Assembly: GCA_965237955.1 (NCBI GenBank) | Contig: OZ250169.1 | Location: 6,688,001 to 6,752,000, forward strand | Direction of reading: 5' to 3' | DNA from: Candidatus Marinacidobacterales bacterium | GTDB lineage: Bacteria; Acidobacteriota; Vicinamibacteria; Marinacidobacterales; SMYC01 | DNA length: 64,000 bases | In this document: piece by piece, positions 41,437 to 53,046 of the stretch | Position numbering within the stretch: position 1 is the first letter of the stretch | Layout of the letters: the number at the start of each line of letters is the position of its first letter | Notes under the pieces: generated by a model | The model's database searches: none | Told to the model about the DNA's origin: nothing | Seen by the model: the letters and a program-made list of their open reading frames with translations, nothing else | Program-made: the position numbers and the translations under genes

Positions 41437-41960
41437 CAAAAAAGCCAGATACAAGACCTGCACACTACCTCGAATTCCTCTCAAAGCTTTACAAGCTCGC
41501 TGCCGATTTTGATCAGAGGCAATTGATGTGAATTCGAGAGACTGCCGCCAAAGAGGACAACGATATCGTTGCCAGTATTGCGGCAGCGTTGCTGCGCCTC
41601 CGTACTCCCACCAAGCCGGCACGCGTGTCTTCAGTGCCTTCTAGGCGGCACGGAGATTCCGGCGTCGACGGCCTACGCGAAGTTCTTTTGTCGAGGAAGA
41701 TATTCCCGTCTAACTCAAAACTTCTATCGCTCGCGCATCGTTATTTTGGCCTACCCCCGAAGCCGAAGGAGTCTCGTGAACGTCTCGCTGGACGGATTCT
41801 TCGCGGAATCGAAAAGGGCACGGTTGTGCAGCAAGAGTCGTTCCGCCATGCGCTTGAACAGCATATTGCGAAACAGAACGTCGGCTCCGACTTCGTTTCT
41901 CGCTGGACAAAAGTGATCCGGGATCTCCAACCCCACACGGGATGTCGCGAAACAAACTGA
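41437..41960 (+). pseudogene. Hypothetical gene with an internal TGA (41529-41531)
   Basis: Same-frame ORFs join as YLEFLSKLYKLAADFDQRQLM*IRETAAKE...LREVLLSRKIFPSN...FVSRWTKVI; lower GC. Confidence 0.5.
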
Positions 41961-41976
41961 GCGCGAGGGCCTCTAG

Positions 41977-42101
41977 TCCCCTGGATCTTTGATTACTATA
42001 CAAAGTTAGGCTTTTCGCCAGCCCATAAGATTCATAAGATTCATGCACTTAGAATGGTTTCGGCAAGCTCTGCTTTATCTAGTTTGTTCTGATACAGGGG
42101 A
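41977..42101. mobile_element. 125-bp MITE, copy 2
   Basis: Terminal inverted repeats with CTAG on both flanks (41973-41976, 42102-42105). Confidence 0.9.
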
Positions 42102-42271
42102 CTAGCGACTTTGAGATCATATGGTCGCGCTATTCTGGAATTATCGACGACCGAATTGAAGAGCCAAGTAAAGTAAAGGCGCTTGTTCGTGCAGTTCACA
42201 AATTCGCCTTCGTAACTACAATCCTGAGTAAGATCGAAGTTCTCCGCCCAGAACACCAGCGTCTCTTCCTA

Positions 42272-42498
42272 TACGCCCAGCTTGCTGAAGACGTTCAAGG
42301 ATTCCTTGCTCGGTTACGCTCTTCGACTGGCATACTGAGCATCAGAGAAAGGCAACGAGTTCTTCGTCTGCTCGTAAAGGAGGTGCTGGTCAGCCTTGAA
42401 GCCATACACATCAAACACTCTATCCCTGTCCCTCCCACCGCATTCCGGGAGCGTCGTCGCGATGGGGCTCCACTCCAAGTAATCTTTTGCGTTCGGGG
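42272..42498 (+). pseudogene. C-terminal remnant of a large serine recombinase
   Basis: Manual translation LAEDVQGFLARLRSS...RERQRVLRLLVKEVLV...IHIKHSIP resembles the tail of recombinase-family proteins. Confidence 0.6.
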
Positions 42499-42587
42499 CG
42501 CCAAGACGCGAAGGCGCAAAGAACCCGAGTCGAGTAAACCAAAGTGAACCCGAACCCTTTGCGTCTTTGCGACTCTGCGCCTTTGCG

Positions 42588-42589
<2 letters not shown>
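42499..42589. repeat. Octamer-based palindromic intergenic repeat
   Basis: cgccaagacgcgaaggcgcaaag ... ctttgcgtctttgcgactctgcgcctttgcgtt at the ligA 3' end. Confidence 0.85.
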
Positions 42590-44823
<2,234 letters not shown>

Positions 44824-44878
44824 CGCGTTTCGAGCCAAACCGTTGGCGCGCTGACGTCCGAGCCCGGCCTCCCTCGAC

Positions 44879-45892
44879 TCAGACTCCGCTACGATAGTGT
44901 GGAACGGGAACATCGATCATCGAGCGAACACCGGGCTCGAGCTTCGATATCGACGGGACGGTAGCGACCAGCATAGCGATCGTCGCCTCGTCGCCAGCAA
45001 CACCGTTCTCGAAAAAGACGTTGACGTTCGGGTTACCTTCAATCGTGATGCGATCGCTCGGTTTCTTCGCACCTACATATATTTGCAGGTCGAGCGACAC
45101 GACTTCCTTGCGATTCTTGAAGCCCTTGACGACGTGATGGATACCCGCGACTTGGCCAACCTGCACCGTCAGGTGCGGTGTGCGCACTCGCTTTTTCCCT
45201 ACCACCGGTCTGATCTTCTCGTCGACCTTGTCGAGTGACCAGCCGAGGCCCTCCGCCACGAGATGCATCGACTCCCTGAGCCCCACATGGCCGAGCTCTT
45301 CTTTCTTGACGCCTCTGCGAAACTGAGCGGTGGTCAAGCCTGCGCCGACTTTCTTTTGGAGGTTCTCGCGTCGCGTCGTCGCGTCGACGACGCGCTCGAT
45401 CTTCACGGATTTCAAGTCCAGGCACGGCGCGGTCGCCGCGAGCACCATGGTATCCATGACGAAACCCGGGTTCACGCCGGTCCCAAGAACTGCGACGTCA
45501 CGTGATTTCGCGAGCTTGTCGAGCTCTCGCGTCTGCGCGGCGAAGCGCACATGCGGCAGGAGGAGCTCTTCGCACGAGCTGATGACGTTCGTGCGCGCGT
45601 TCACACACTCCTTGATCTGCGGCAAGACTGCTTTGAAACGCGATCCAGTCGTCAGGATCACGACGTTGGGCCGTGTGACCCCGAGAACGTCGTCGGGGCG
45701 ATCCGACACTCGCACGCCGGAGGGACGCGTCATCCCGGCAAGGTCGGCGACGTCCCTCTGAAGTTTCGCAGGATCGCTGTCGATGACCCCCACCAGCTGA
45801 AGATCGCGGCGACCGAGTATGACTTTTGCAGTTTCCAGACCAATTTGACCAAGGCCGTAGATCGCGACTCGGATCCGCTCCAGGGTTTTCAT
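44879..45892 (-). CDS. 2,4-diaminopentanoate dehydrogenase / DapB-like NAD(P)-dependent oxidoreductase
   Basis: YGLGQIG, NVISSCEEL, GTGVNPGFVMD and GHVGL; GGAGGAG RBS. Confidence 0.85.
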   Translation of the reverse strand: MKTLERIRVAIYGLGQIGLETAKVILGRRDLQLVGVIDSDPAKLQRDVADLAGMTRPSGVRVSDRPDDVLGVTRPNVVILTTGSRFKAVLPQIKECVNARTNVISSCEELLLPHVRFAAQTRELDKLAKSRDVAVLGTGVNPGFVMDTMVLAATAPCLDLKSVKIERVVDATTRRENLQKKVGAGLTTAQFRRGVKKEELGHVGLRESMHLVAEGLGWSLDKVDEKIRPVVGKKRVRTPHLTVQVGQVAGIHHVVKGFKNRKEVVSLDLQIYVGAKKPSDRITIEGNPNVNVFFENGVAGDEATIAMLVATVPSISKLEPGVRSMIDVPVPHYRSGV

Positions 45893-46010
45893 CGAACGCT
45901 CCTCCGATTCAATTAGGGACGGGATAACGTCGCAAAATTTTATACCAAACCCGATGCGCCCGTCCAGCTTTCGTGAGCCTTGGCGAGCCTCCTGATCTAT
46001 AGTTGCAGTC

Positions 46011-47252
46011 ATGACGCCGAATTCGTCCGAGCCGCCGCGCTACCCACAACCGGCCGGGGCATTGGTCCTGTTCATGGCCGTCGTCGGCATCGGCCTGGCC
46101 GTAGGTTGGGCCCTCCCCGAGGGCGCGGCCCTCGTCGCCATGCCCGTCGCAATACTGTTGGCGACGATCCTCGCCGTCATCGGTTTCAAAGTCGATCCCA
46201 AGGAGACGCTTCTCCTGAGGCTCCCGAGCGCGACCGATTTCCTCATGGCGATCCCGCTCGCGATCTCGTTTTTCATTCTGGACGACCAGATCGCCGGGCT
46301 CTCCCATGCACGCTTCCCCGTATCCGAAGCCACTCTAGAGTACTTTCGACGTACGCTCACCGTGCAAAGTCCCTGGGATTGGGTCGAGAAGATTGCTCTC
46401 ATCGGTCTCGGCGCGGCGGTGTCCGAGGAGCTCATGTTCCGCGGGTTCATGCAGACAGCGTTCCTGCAGCGCCTGCGGCGACCCGCTGCGATTACCCTTA
46501 CAGCGGGGCTTTTCATGCTGCTCCACGTCCAATTTCTGCCGGTGCTCGCCGCGGGGATCGTCCTCGGCTTCGTCGCGCTCGCGACCAAAAGCATCGTCAT
46601 CCCGATGTTCTTTCACTTCACCAACAACGTGATCCAGCTGTTGCTGTTCAACCTAGCGGGGCTCGAAACGCTGGGCGATCCGGTTTGGATTCCGCCGACG
46701 ATCTTGTTGCCGGCGCTCGCGATGTTCGCGTTGTCGTGGGGCTATTACCTGCGGCGTCTCGAGCCCGAGCCGGAGACTCCCGCCGACGCGGCAAGCGAGC
46801 CCGCGAGCGAACGGATAACCATGCCCCACGATCCGACGTCGATCGGAAAGGAGCTGGCATCGGTTCCGCAAGGCCGGCGCCGGCTCGGCTGGCTCGTCGT
46901 GGCCGCGGCGGTAGTGGCCGGTGTCCTCGTGCTAATAGGACTCTTCGGTTGGTCCGTGTACTACATACATCCTGAGCGCGTGCACGCGCGCGGCATCGAA
47001 CTGTTGGAGCGTCGTATCACCGCCACCCTCGAACCGGGGGCCTCGGACAAAGCGGCTCGGATCACGTCGGCCTTCCGTGCGTTGACAGCGTTGAACGAGA
47101 GCGGTCAGTTAGAGCTACGTGATCTAGCAACCGTCCGGCAGAGCTATCGCGAGCTGAGCGCGGACGGAGGCCTGGACGCGCAAGACGCGGACACGTTGGT
47201 GGAAGCAATCCACGAAATGGTCATGGATCGGACCAGGCTGCGGACTTTCTGA
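46011..47252 (+). CDS. CPBP (CAAX/Abi) intramembrane glutamic protease with C-terminal extension
   Basis: EELMFRG, FMLLH and HFTNN; extra TM helix and helical domain. Confidence 0.88.
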   Translation: MTPNSSEPPRYPQPAGALVLFMAVVGIGLAVGWALPEGAALVAMPVAILLATILAVIGFKVDPKETLLLRLPSATDFLMAIPLAISFFILDDQIAGLSHARFPVSEATLEYFRRTLTVQSPWDWVEKIALIGLGAAVSEELMFRGFMQTAFLQRLRRPAAITLTAGLFMLLHVQFLPVLAAGIVLGFVALATKSIVIPMFFHFTNNVIQLLLFNLAGLETLGDPVWIPPTILLPALAMFALSWGYYLRRLEPEPETPADAASEPASERITMPHDPTSIGKELASVPQGRRRLGWLVVAAAVVAGVLVLIGLFGWSVYYIHPERVHARGIELLERRITATLEPGASDKAARITSAFRALTALNESGQLELRDLATVRQSYRELSADGGLDAQDADTLVEAIHEMVMDRTRLRTF

Positions 47253-47266
47253 GACGGCGCCGCGCG

Positions 47267-47776
47267 CTAGGAATCTCTCTGCGGCTCGGTAAAAAGGTCT
47301 GTGTAGAACGCCGGCAACAGGAACGACCCGACGCCTATTGCGAGAAGCGCCAGGCCGAGAGCGATATTTCGCTGGAACGTAAAAAAACCAATCGTGAGGA
47401 AGTGAACGATCAAGCTTCCGTAGAACCCGAGAAACAAACACCGCGTAACCGTCGGGGCCGCGTTCATGGCAATAAGTGCGAGGAAATCGACCACGAGCGA
47501 GACGAGAAAACTCGCTCCCATAATCGTCCAGAACGAATCGAGATCGATCGGAAGGCCAATCGCTTGCCAAGAGAACGTGGCGAGGAGAGCGGTCGCGTAG
47601 GGGTTTCTTCCGCCCAACCGCCGATAGGTGATGCCTTTGACGGGAGTAAAGCAAGCGATGAGAAACAGCGCCCCCCCGGCATCCTCCCATGACGATCCGC
47701 CCAACATGGCGAACACGAGTGCGGCGCCGTCGAACACGACAAGGAGCATCAATAGCACCGGGCGCAAAGAAGCCAT
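47267..47776 (-). CDS. Hypothetical integral membrane protein
   Basis: Several hydrophobic segments; 3 nt downstream of lysA. Confidence 0.7.
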   Translation of the reverse strand: MASLRPVLLMLLVVFDGAALVFAMLGGSSWEDAGGALFLIACFTPVKGITYRRLGGRNPYATALLATFSWQAIGLPIDLDSFWTIMGASFLVSLVVDFLALIAMNAAPTVTRCLFLGFYGSLIVHFLTIGFFTFQRNIALGLALLAIGVGSFLLPAFYTDLFTEPQRDS

Positions 47777-47779
47777 CGT

Positions 47780-49033
47780 TTACCTTCTTCCCAGCTCGCG
47801 AGCGACGAGCTCAGCTTCACTCTCGGCCTCACGGACGACGCGATGCTCGGCGCCGTTCACGACAACCTCCGCAGGACGAGGCCTCAAATTGTAGTTCGAG
47901 CTCATCGCAAAACCGTATGCGCCGGTATCGAGAATCGCAAGAAGCTCGCCTCGCTCGAGCTCGGGAAGCTCGCGAGCGCGAGCGAACACGTCCGAGCTTT
48001 CGCACACCGCGCCGACGATGTCGACCCGCGGTGTCGAAGCCACGCCCTCCGCCAACGGAACGATGCTGTGATAAGCGTCGTAGAGCGCCGGACGGATCAA
48101 ATCGTTCATCCCGGCGTCGACGACGACGAAGCGCCGGCCGTGAACGCTCTTCACATAGAGCACCCGGACGACGAACGCGCCAATCGGACCGAGGAGTGCG
48201 CGTCCCGGTTCCGTCAGGATCTCCACGTCGAGCGCACTCAGAGGCGGGATAACGCTTTCGGCGTATTGGTCGAACCCGGGTGTGTCGTCGCCTTCGTAGG
48301 GGATCCCGAGCCCGCCTCCGATATCGACGAAGCCGATCGGAACCCCGGCGTCTCGAAGCTCCTTCACCCAAGCGCCCAGCATGGCGGCGTTCTCGGAAAG
48401 CGGTCGGATCGAGGTGATTTGAGAGCCGATGTGAGAGTGGACTCCAACGAAATCGAGGTGGGCGAAATCACGGTGGCGTCGGTAGAGCTCGCGCGCTTCG
48501 TCGGGGTCCACGCCGAACTTGACGGCCGCCACGCCGGTAGCGATATGGGGATGGGTTTCCGGGTCGATATCGGGATTCAGCCTCAGCGCGACCGGAGCTT
48601 TCCCGCCCTCGGCAGCGGCCAGGCCATCCAAGACGTGAAGCTCGGTCTCCGACTCCACGAGAAACATCCGGATCCCGGCACGCACGCCGGAAACGAGCTC
48701 CGGTTCCGTCTTACCGACTCCGGAGAACACGATGCGAGACGGAGGGAAACCCAGCTCGAGCGCAAGCGCCAACTCCGCACCCGAGACGACTTCCGCTCCC
48801 GCTCCTTCAGCGACAAGCGGTCGCAACAGCGCCGGCTGACTGTTCGCCTTCATGGCAACACAATGCAGGTGACGCGAAGACGCGAACGCGCTCTCGAGAT
48901 CGCGATAGCGTTCGACGAGCGTTCCTACCGCGTAAAGATAGAACGGCGTCGGAACGGTATCGGCCACTTCCGCAACGACCACGTTCTCGACGGCAAGCTG
49001 ACCGTCCCGGTAGTGGAACACATCGCGAGGCAT
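47780..49033 (-). CDS. lysA: Diaminopimelate decarboxylase
   Basis: AMKAN, HSHIGSQ, DIGGG, EPGR, GAVCESSD and GAYG..MSSNYN. Confidence 0.96.
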   Translation of the reverse strand: MPRDVFHYRDGQLAVENVVVAEVADTVPTPFYLYAVGTLVERYRDLESAFASSRHLHCVAMKANSQPALLRPLVAEGAGAEVVSGAELALALELGFPPSRIVFSGVGKTEPELVSGVRAGIRMFLVESETELHVLDGLAAAEGGKAPVALRLNPDIDPETHPHIATGVAAVKFGVDPDEARELYRRHRDFAHLDFVGVHSHIGSQITSIRPLSENAAMLGAWVKELRDAGVPIGFVDIGGGLGIPYEGDDTPGFDQYAESVIPPLSALDVEILTEPGRALLGPIGAFVVRVLYVKSVHGRRFVVVDAGMNDLIRPALYDAYHSIVPLAEGVASTPRVDIVGAVCESSDVFARARELPELERGELLAILDTGAYGFAMSSNYNLRPRPAEVVVNGAEHRVVREAESEAELVARELGRR

Positions 49034-49087
49034 GGGCGGGGATTATACGCGCGCGGAGCGGTTGGGGGGAATCCCGCGCGCGCCGCG

Positions 49088-49222
49088 GTCGCCATCAGCT
49101 ATCGGCCATCAGCCATCAGCAGGCCTCAGCATTGCCCCTCAACTCAACCCGGAGCTGAGTTTAGCTGAGGACATCAGCATAACTCCCCGCCGCTGATGGC
49201 TGATGGCTGATGGCCGATGGCG
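49088..49222. repeat. Inverted pair of heptamer arrays (GCCATCA / TGATGGC)
   Basis: gccatcagctatcggccatcagccatcagc ... gctgatggctgatggctgatggccgatggc. Confidence 0.85.
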
Positions 49223-49240
49223 CGACGAAGTTCATTCGCC

Positions 49241-49606
49241 CTATGGGCGAATGAACTTTCTCAAATCTGTATGGCCTTCATGAACGACTACGATGGCACC
49301 GTCTCTCAGGTCTTCGTCGAAGAGCTTCAACAAGTTGAACAGTGTCGACGTAATTTGATTGTCTTCCATCTCCTCGGTGCGGAAAAAGATTACCGATGGC
49401 CACACACCGGAATCGGATTCGACGAGGCGTGCAAGGCTGCGATTGCGGGTGACGACGATGCGCTCCTCAAACGCTGCTAGGCGGAGAAACTCGCGAATGG
49501 GGAGATCGGCGGCGCCGATCTCGACCGCATGCGCGGCGTCGTAGCCGGCGTCGTTGAGATCCTGGACAACTCCTTCGGGAAAAAACGGGTCGGCAAGAAT
49601 CTTCAT
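49241..49606 (-). CDS. DUF5615 PIN-like protein with a degenerate active site
   Basis: MKILAD...L..AGYDA.H..EIG...A..EERIVVT...PSVIFFR...GAIVVV pattern. Confidence 0.75.
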   Translation of the reverse strand: MKILADPFFPEGVVQDLNDAGYDAAHAVEIGAADLPIREFLRLAAFEERIVVTRNRSLARLVESDSGVWPSVIFFRTEEMEDNQITSTLFNLLKLFDEDLRDGAIVVVHEGHTDLRKFIRP

Positions 49607-49610
49607 GCCG

Positions 49611-50828
49611 TTATCCCGAAACGGCCGCCCGGTGCGGGGCAATCTCGTGCAACGCGTCGGCGAAACGCTCGATTTCCTTCTCGGTGTTGTAGTGCAAAAG
49701 GCTCAGCGCGCAACCGCCCTCGTCGACCGGTAGACCGAGAGCCTTCATCAACCGTGGCGCTCCGGCGTTCCCGTGGCTCACGCGAACGCTTTTTTCCGCC
49801 AAAGCGGCAGCGACGGCCTTTGGTTCGAGGCCGTCGAGCCGGAAAAGGATATGAGGTATGCGGTGCGCGGCGTCGTCGGGATCGCTGATTCCGTACACTG
49901 TGGCACCGGGTACAACCTGCAGCCGACGCAGCGTGAGGGCCGTGAGCGAACGTTCATAATGTCGGATCGCCTGCATACCGCGCCGCATGTGCCGCCGCCG
50001 GCCATAGTCTTCGGACGGCTGTAACTGCATTTGTTCCGTGATGAGACCGAGCTCTTCGATGTAGCTGAGCGCCGCGCCAAAGCCGGCGAGTGTTTTCGGC
50101 TCGACGCTCGCGCCGTCGAAAAGCTCGGGACCGTCTGCACGCAACGACCGCATGCGCTCCCGGCTGCCCCATAGGAAGCCGACGTTCGCGCCAAAAAAAA
50201 GCCGAGTCGACGCAATGAGAAAATCCGAGCGCAGGAACCGGACGTCGATGGCGCCGTGCGGAAGAAACGCGGACCAGTTCACCAGCAACGAGCTCTCGTG
50301 GCCCTGCACTCCCAACGCCACCGGCAGAAGCTCCACAATCGATCCGGCAGCGCTCGACGCTTTGGACATCACCACGAGCCGGGTGCGCTTCGACAGCATG
50401 TCGCCGAGGCGGTCGGTATCGATGCCGGCGTGTTGACGTTTGATCGGCCAGTGCTCCAGTTTCATGCCGTTCGACTCGAGCGCGAGCCACGGCACGAGAC
50501 TTTCTTCGTCGCCGAGCTCAGTGGTCACGATCTCGGAATTAGGTGGATAGCTCTTGGCGAGCGCCCGGCTCAAACGATCGGCGAGCTCGGTTGCATCGGA
50601 CGCTATGAGAATCTCTTCGCCGGCCCACTCGACGTTGGAGTTCAGGAAGAAAGCGAGACTCTCTCGCGTCTCTCGCAACAACTCGTCCGCGTCGCCGTCG
50701 AACCCGACGTCCTCGAGCTCCCGTACCGCGCCCAAGGACTGTGGTGCTTCGTTGTTGTCGAAATAGATAGTGTCCGAGTCTTGGAGTGACGGAAAGCATC
50801 CGCGGACGTAGTCGAGGGGGAAATCCAT
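49611..50828 (-). CDS. Class V aminotransferase / cysteine desulfurase-like protein with a degenerate PLP site
   Basis: VRGCFPSL..IYFDN, RTRLV, PHGAIDV and SLLHYNTEKEI; AAGGAG RBS. Confidence 0.82.
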   Translation of the reverse strand: MDFPLDYVRGCFPSLQDSDTIYFDNNEAPQSLGAVRELEDVGFDGDADELLRETRESLAFFLNSNVEWAGEEILIASDATELADRLSRALAKSYPPNSEIVTTELGDEESLVPWLALESNGMKLEHWPIKRQHAGIDTDRLGDMLSKRTRLVVMSKASSAAGSIVELLPVALGVQGHESSLLVNWSAFLPHGAIDVRFLRSDFLIASTRLFFGANVGFLWGSRERMRSLRADGPELFDGASVEPKTLAGFGAALSYIEELGLITEQMQLQPSEDYGRRRHMRRGMQAIRHYERSLTALTLRRLQVVPGATVYGISDPDDAAHRIPHILFRLDGLEPKAVAAALAEKSVRVSHGNAGAPRLMKALGLPVDEGGCALSLLHYNTEKEIERFADALHEIAPHRAAVSG

Positions 50829-50855
50829 GCAGTACTCCTTGCAGTGGGACACTAG

Positions 50856-50980
50856 TCCCCTGGATCTTTGATTACTATACAAAGTTAGGCTTTTCGCCAG
50901 CCCATAATATTCATAAGATTCATGCACTTAGAAGGGTTTCGGCAAGCTCTGCTTTATCTAGTTTGTTCTGATACAGGGGA
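50856..50980. mobile_element. 125-bp MITE, copy 3
   Basis: Terminal inverted repeats with CTAG on both flanks (50852-50855, 50981-50984). Confidence 0.9.
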
Positions 50981-50998
50981 CTAGTATAGTACGTTCAT

Positions 50999-52054
50999 AT
51001 GACGGATGACGTGGGCAAGACCGAGCCGGCGAGTCAGATCGCGTCTTTCTTTTCTTCCCGCTCGGAAGACTTCGAAACGCAGTACCACGCCGCCATGGAC
51101 GCTCGGGTCGTCATCGACCGCTCGCACCTCGTCCGGGTCGCGGTTCGAGGCGCTGACCGTACAACTTTTCTCCACAACATGCTCAGCGCTGATATCAAGA
51201 ATCTTCCCCTTGGCGCCGGGACCGAAGGCACGTTTCTCACGATCAAGGGGAAGCTCGTCTCGAATCTCACCGTGTTCCACGAGGACGACCGCCTCCTCAT
51301 AGAGATGGAGTCGGGGCGCGTGAACGCTTTCATCGAAGGACTGTCACGCTACATCATTTCCGAAGATGTCACTCTCGAAAGTCTCCAGGGCGACGAAGCG
51401 TCGTTTTCGGTCGAGGGCCCGGGCGCGAGCGAGCTTCTCGCCAAGCTGACCGGTGGTAGCGCGTCCAAATTCAACGGGCTCGACAGGCTCGCGCATCTCG
51501 GCGTCGTGAGCGCCGATGGTGTGAGGATCACGGCACGACGTCACGATCCGAGCCCGCGGTTCGACGTAGCCGCGCCCGCGATCAAAGCTCTCGAGCTTCT
51601 CGAGAACGCGCGCGAGCTGGGCACGGTGGTCGGAAGCTCCGCGCTCGCGGAAACGCGTCGCATCGAGGCCGGCCGGCCGCGGTTCGGAACCGACATGGAT
51701 GAATCCCACATGCCGCTCGAGGCGGGTCTCGACGAAGCCATCAACTTCGACAAAGGTTGCTATATCGGCCAGGAATATGTCGTGCGACTCGCCCACCGGG
51801 GCCACCTCAACCGAAAGCTCGTCGGCATCAAGATCGCCCTCGAGCACGCCCACGGCCGCCCCGACGTCCCTTCCGCGGGGTCCAAGGTAACCGCCGGCGA
51901 CAAAGAAGCTGGAGCGCTCACGAGCGCTGCCTATTCACCGACGTTGGGCGTCGTCGTGGCGCTCGGCTACTTGCGGAGAGAATTCTTCGAGCCCGACACC
52001 AAAGTCACCATCGACGGCAAGACCGGCGTCGTCACCCCTCTACCGTTCGTCTGA
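50999..52054 (+). CDS. YgfZ/GcvT-family folate-binding protein
   Basis: GADRTTFLHN, RIEAGRP and the KGCYIGQE signature. Confidence 0.92.
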   Translation: MTDDVGKTEPASQIASFFSSRSEDFETQYHAAMDARVVIDRSHLVRVAVRGADRTTFLHNMLSADIKNLPLGAGTEGTFLTIKGKLVSNLTVFHEDDRLLIEMESGRVNAFIEGLSRYIISEDVTLESLQGDEASFSVEGPGASELLAKLTGGSASKFNGLDRLAHLGVVSADGVRITARRHDPSPRFDVAAPAIKALELLENARELGTVVGSSALAETRRIEAGRPRFGTDMDESHMPLEAGLDEAINFDKGCYIGQEYVVRLAHRGHLNRKLVGIKIALEHAHGRPDVPSAGSKVTAGDKEAGALTSAAYSPTLGVVVALGYLRREFFEPDTKVTIDGKTGVVTPLPFV

Positions 52055-52090
52055 AGCTCTTCATCACGGTGGAAGAAACTCAACGGTAGA

Positions 52091-52120
52091 TGCGCCTTCG
52101 CGACTCTGCGCCTTTGTGTT
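52091..52120. repeat. Half copy of the octamer repeat
   Basis: tgcgccttcgcgactctgcgcctttgtgtt followed by a T run, between convergent genes. Confidence 0.7.
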
Positions 52121-52162
52121 GAGTTTTTTTTCGTCAACATGGTACCGTGACCCTCTACAGGG

Positions 52163-53044
52163 TCAGCTCAGACTTGCCAGGAATTCCTTCCAAACCTGCC
52201 AATACACATCTCGACCGACGAGGAACGCGTCCGAGTGGCCCGCGCCGTCGATGGGAAGAAACCGCTTCGGTTCGTTGGCGGCCTCGAACAGATTCTTGCC
52301 GTGAGCGAACGGAACCGTCTCGTCGTCGGTTCCATGAACCACGAGCAAGGGCATTTCGAGCGTAGGGATTTTTTCGATGTTCTCGTAGCGCGTCCGCACC
52401 CAGCCGTTGGGGATGAACGGATAGGCCTCTTTCGCCATGTCGCGGATCGATGTGAACGGCGCTTCTAACACGAGCCCGGCGGCTCCCACCTCTGTCGCGA
52501 GCTGTAGCGCTACCGCAGCGCCGAGCGATTCGCCGAACAGCACGATGCGATCTTCGGCGAGCCCACGTTCCTCGACGAGGTAACGGTACGCGGTGCGAAC
52601 GTCGTCGTAGGTGCCCGCCTCGGTCGGCCGGCCGGAGCTCTGCCCGAAGCCACGGTAGTCGAACAGCAAGACGTCGGTTCCGAGGTTCGAGTGCATCAAA
52701 AGCACCCGGTCGAGGCGGTGCGAGATGTTACCAGCGTTACCGTGGCACACGAGGACGGTGTAGCGCTTTGCCGCCGGCTCGACATGCCCGACAGGATCAA
52801 CTGGGGAAGGCAAAAACCACGCGTGGAGGCGATGGTCGTCGGGCGTCACCAGGGTGAGCTCTTCGTGACGAAGCCCGAGTGCTCGAGGCGTCACCTCGAA
52901 ATCGTCGGATGGAAAGTAGATCAGCCGCTCTTCGAATATCACAGCCATCACCACCAGGAAAACAAGAGATGCTAGGATGGTGAGCACGTTTCTTCCTAGC
53001 CGAGGAGGAAACTTCACGATTCCATTATGGCAGAGGGCACGCAA
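52163..53044 (-). CDS. Alpha/beta hydrolase (YfhR/ABHD13-like); start uncertain
   Basis: HGNAGN, DYRGFG, GESLG, HGTDDETVP and GH. Confidence 0.92.
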   Translation of the reverse strand: MRALCHNGIVKFPPRLGRNVLTILASLVFLVVMAVIFEERLIYFPSDDFEVTPRALGLRHEELTLVTPDDHRLHAWFLPSPVDPVGHVEPAAKRYTVLVCHGNAGNISHRLDRVLLMHSNLGTDVLLFDYRGFGQSSGRPTEAGTYDDVRTAYRYLVEERGLAEDRIVLFGESLGAAVALQLATEVGAAGLVLEAPFTSIRDMAKEAYPFIPNGWVRTRYENIEKIPTLEMPLLVVHGTDDETVPFAHGKNLFEAANEPKRFLPIDGAGHSDAFLVGRDVYWQVWKEFLASLS

Positions 53045-53046
53045 AG

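Noticed and set aside
41529-41531. Second in-frame TGA as selenocysteine
   Set aside because: There is no redox motif or nearby Cys and it lies in a decayed region; a CGA-to-TGA nonsense change is more likely.
41710-42048. ORFs beginning MHESYE (also the 5' extension of 49611..50927)
   Set aside because: These starts fall inside the MITE and are by-products of its sequence.
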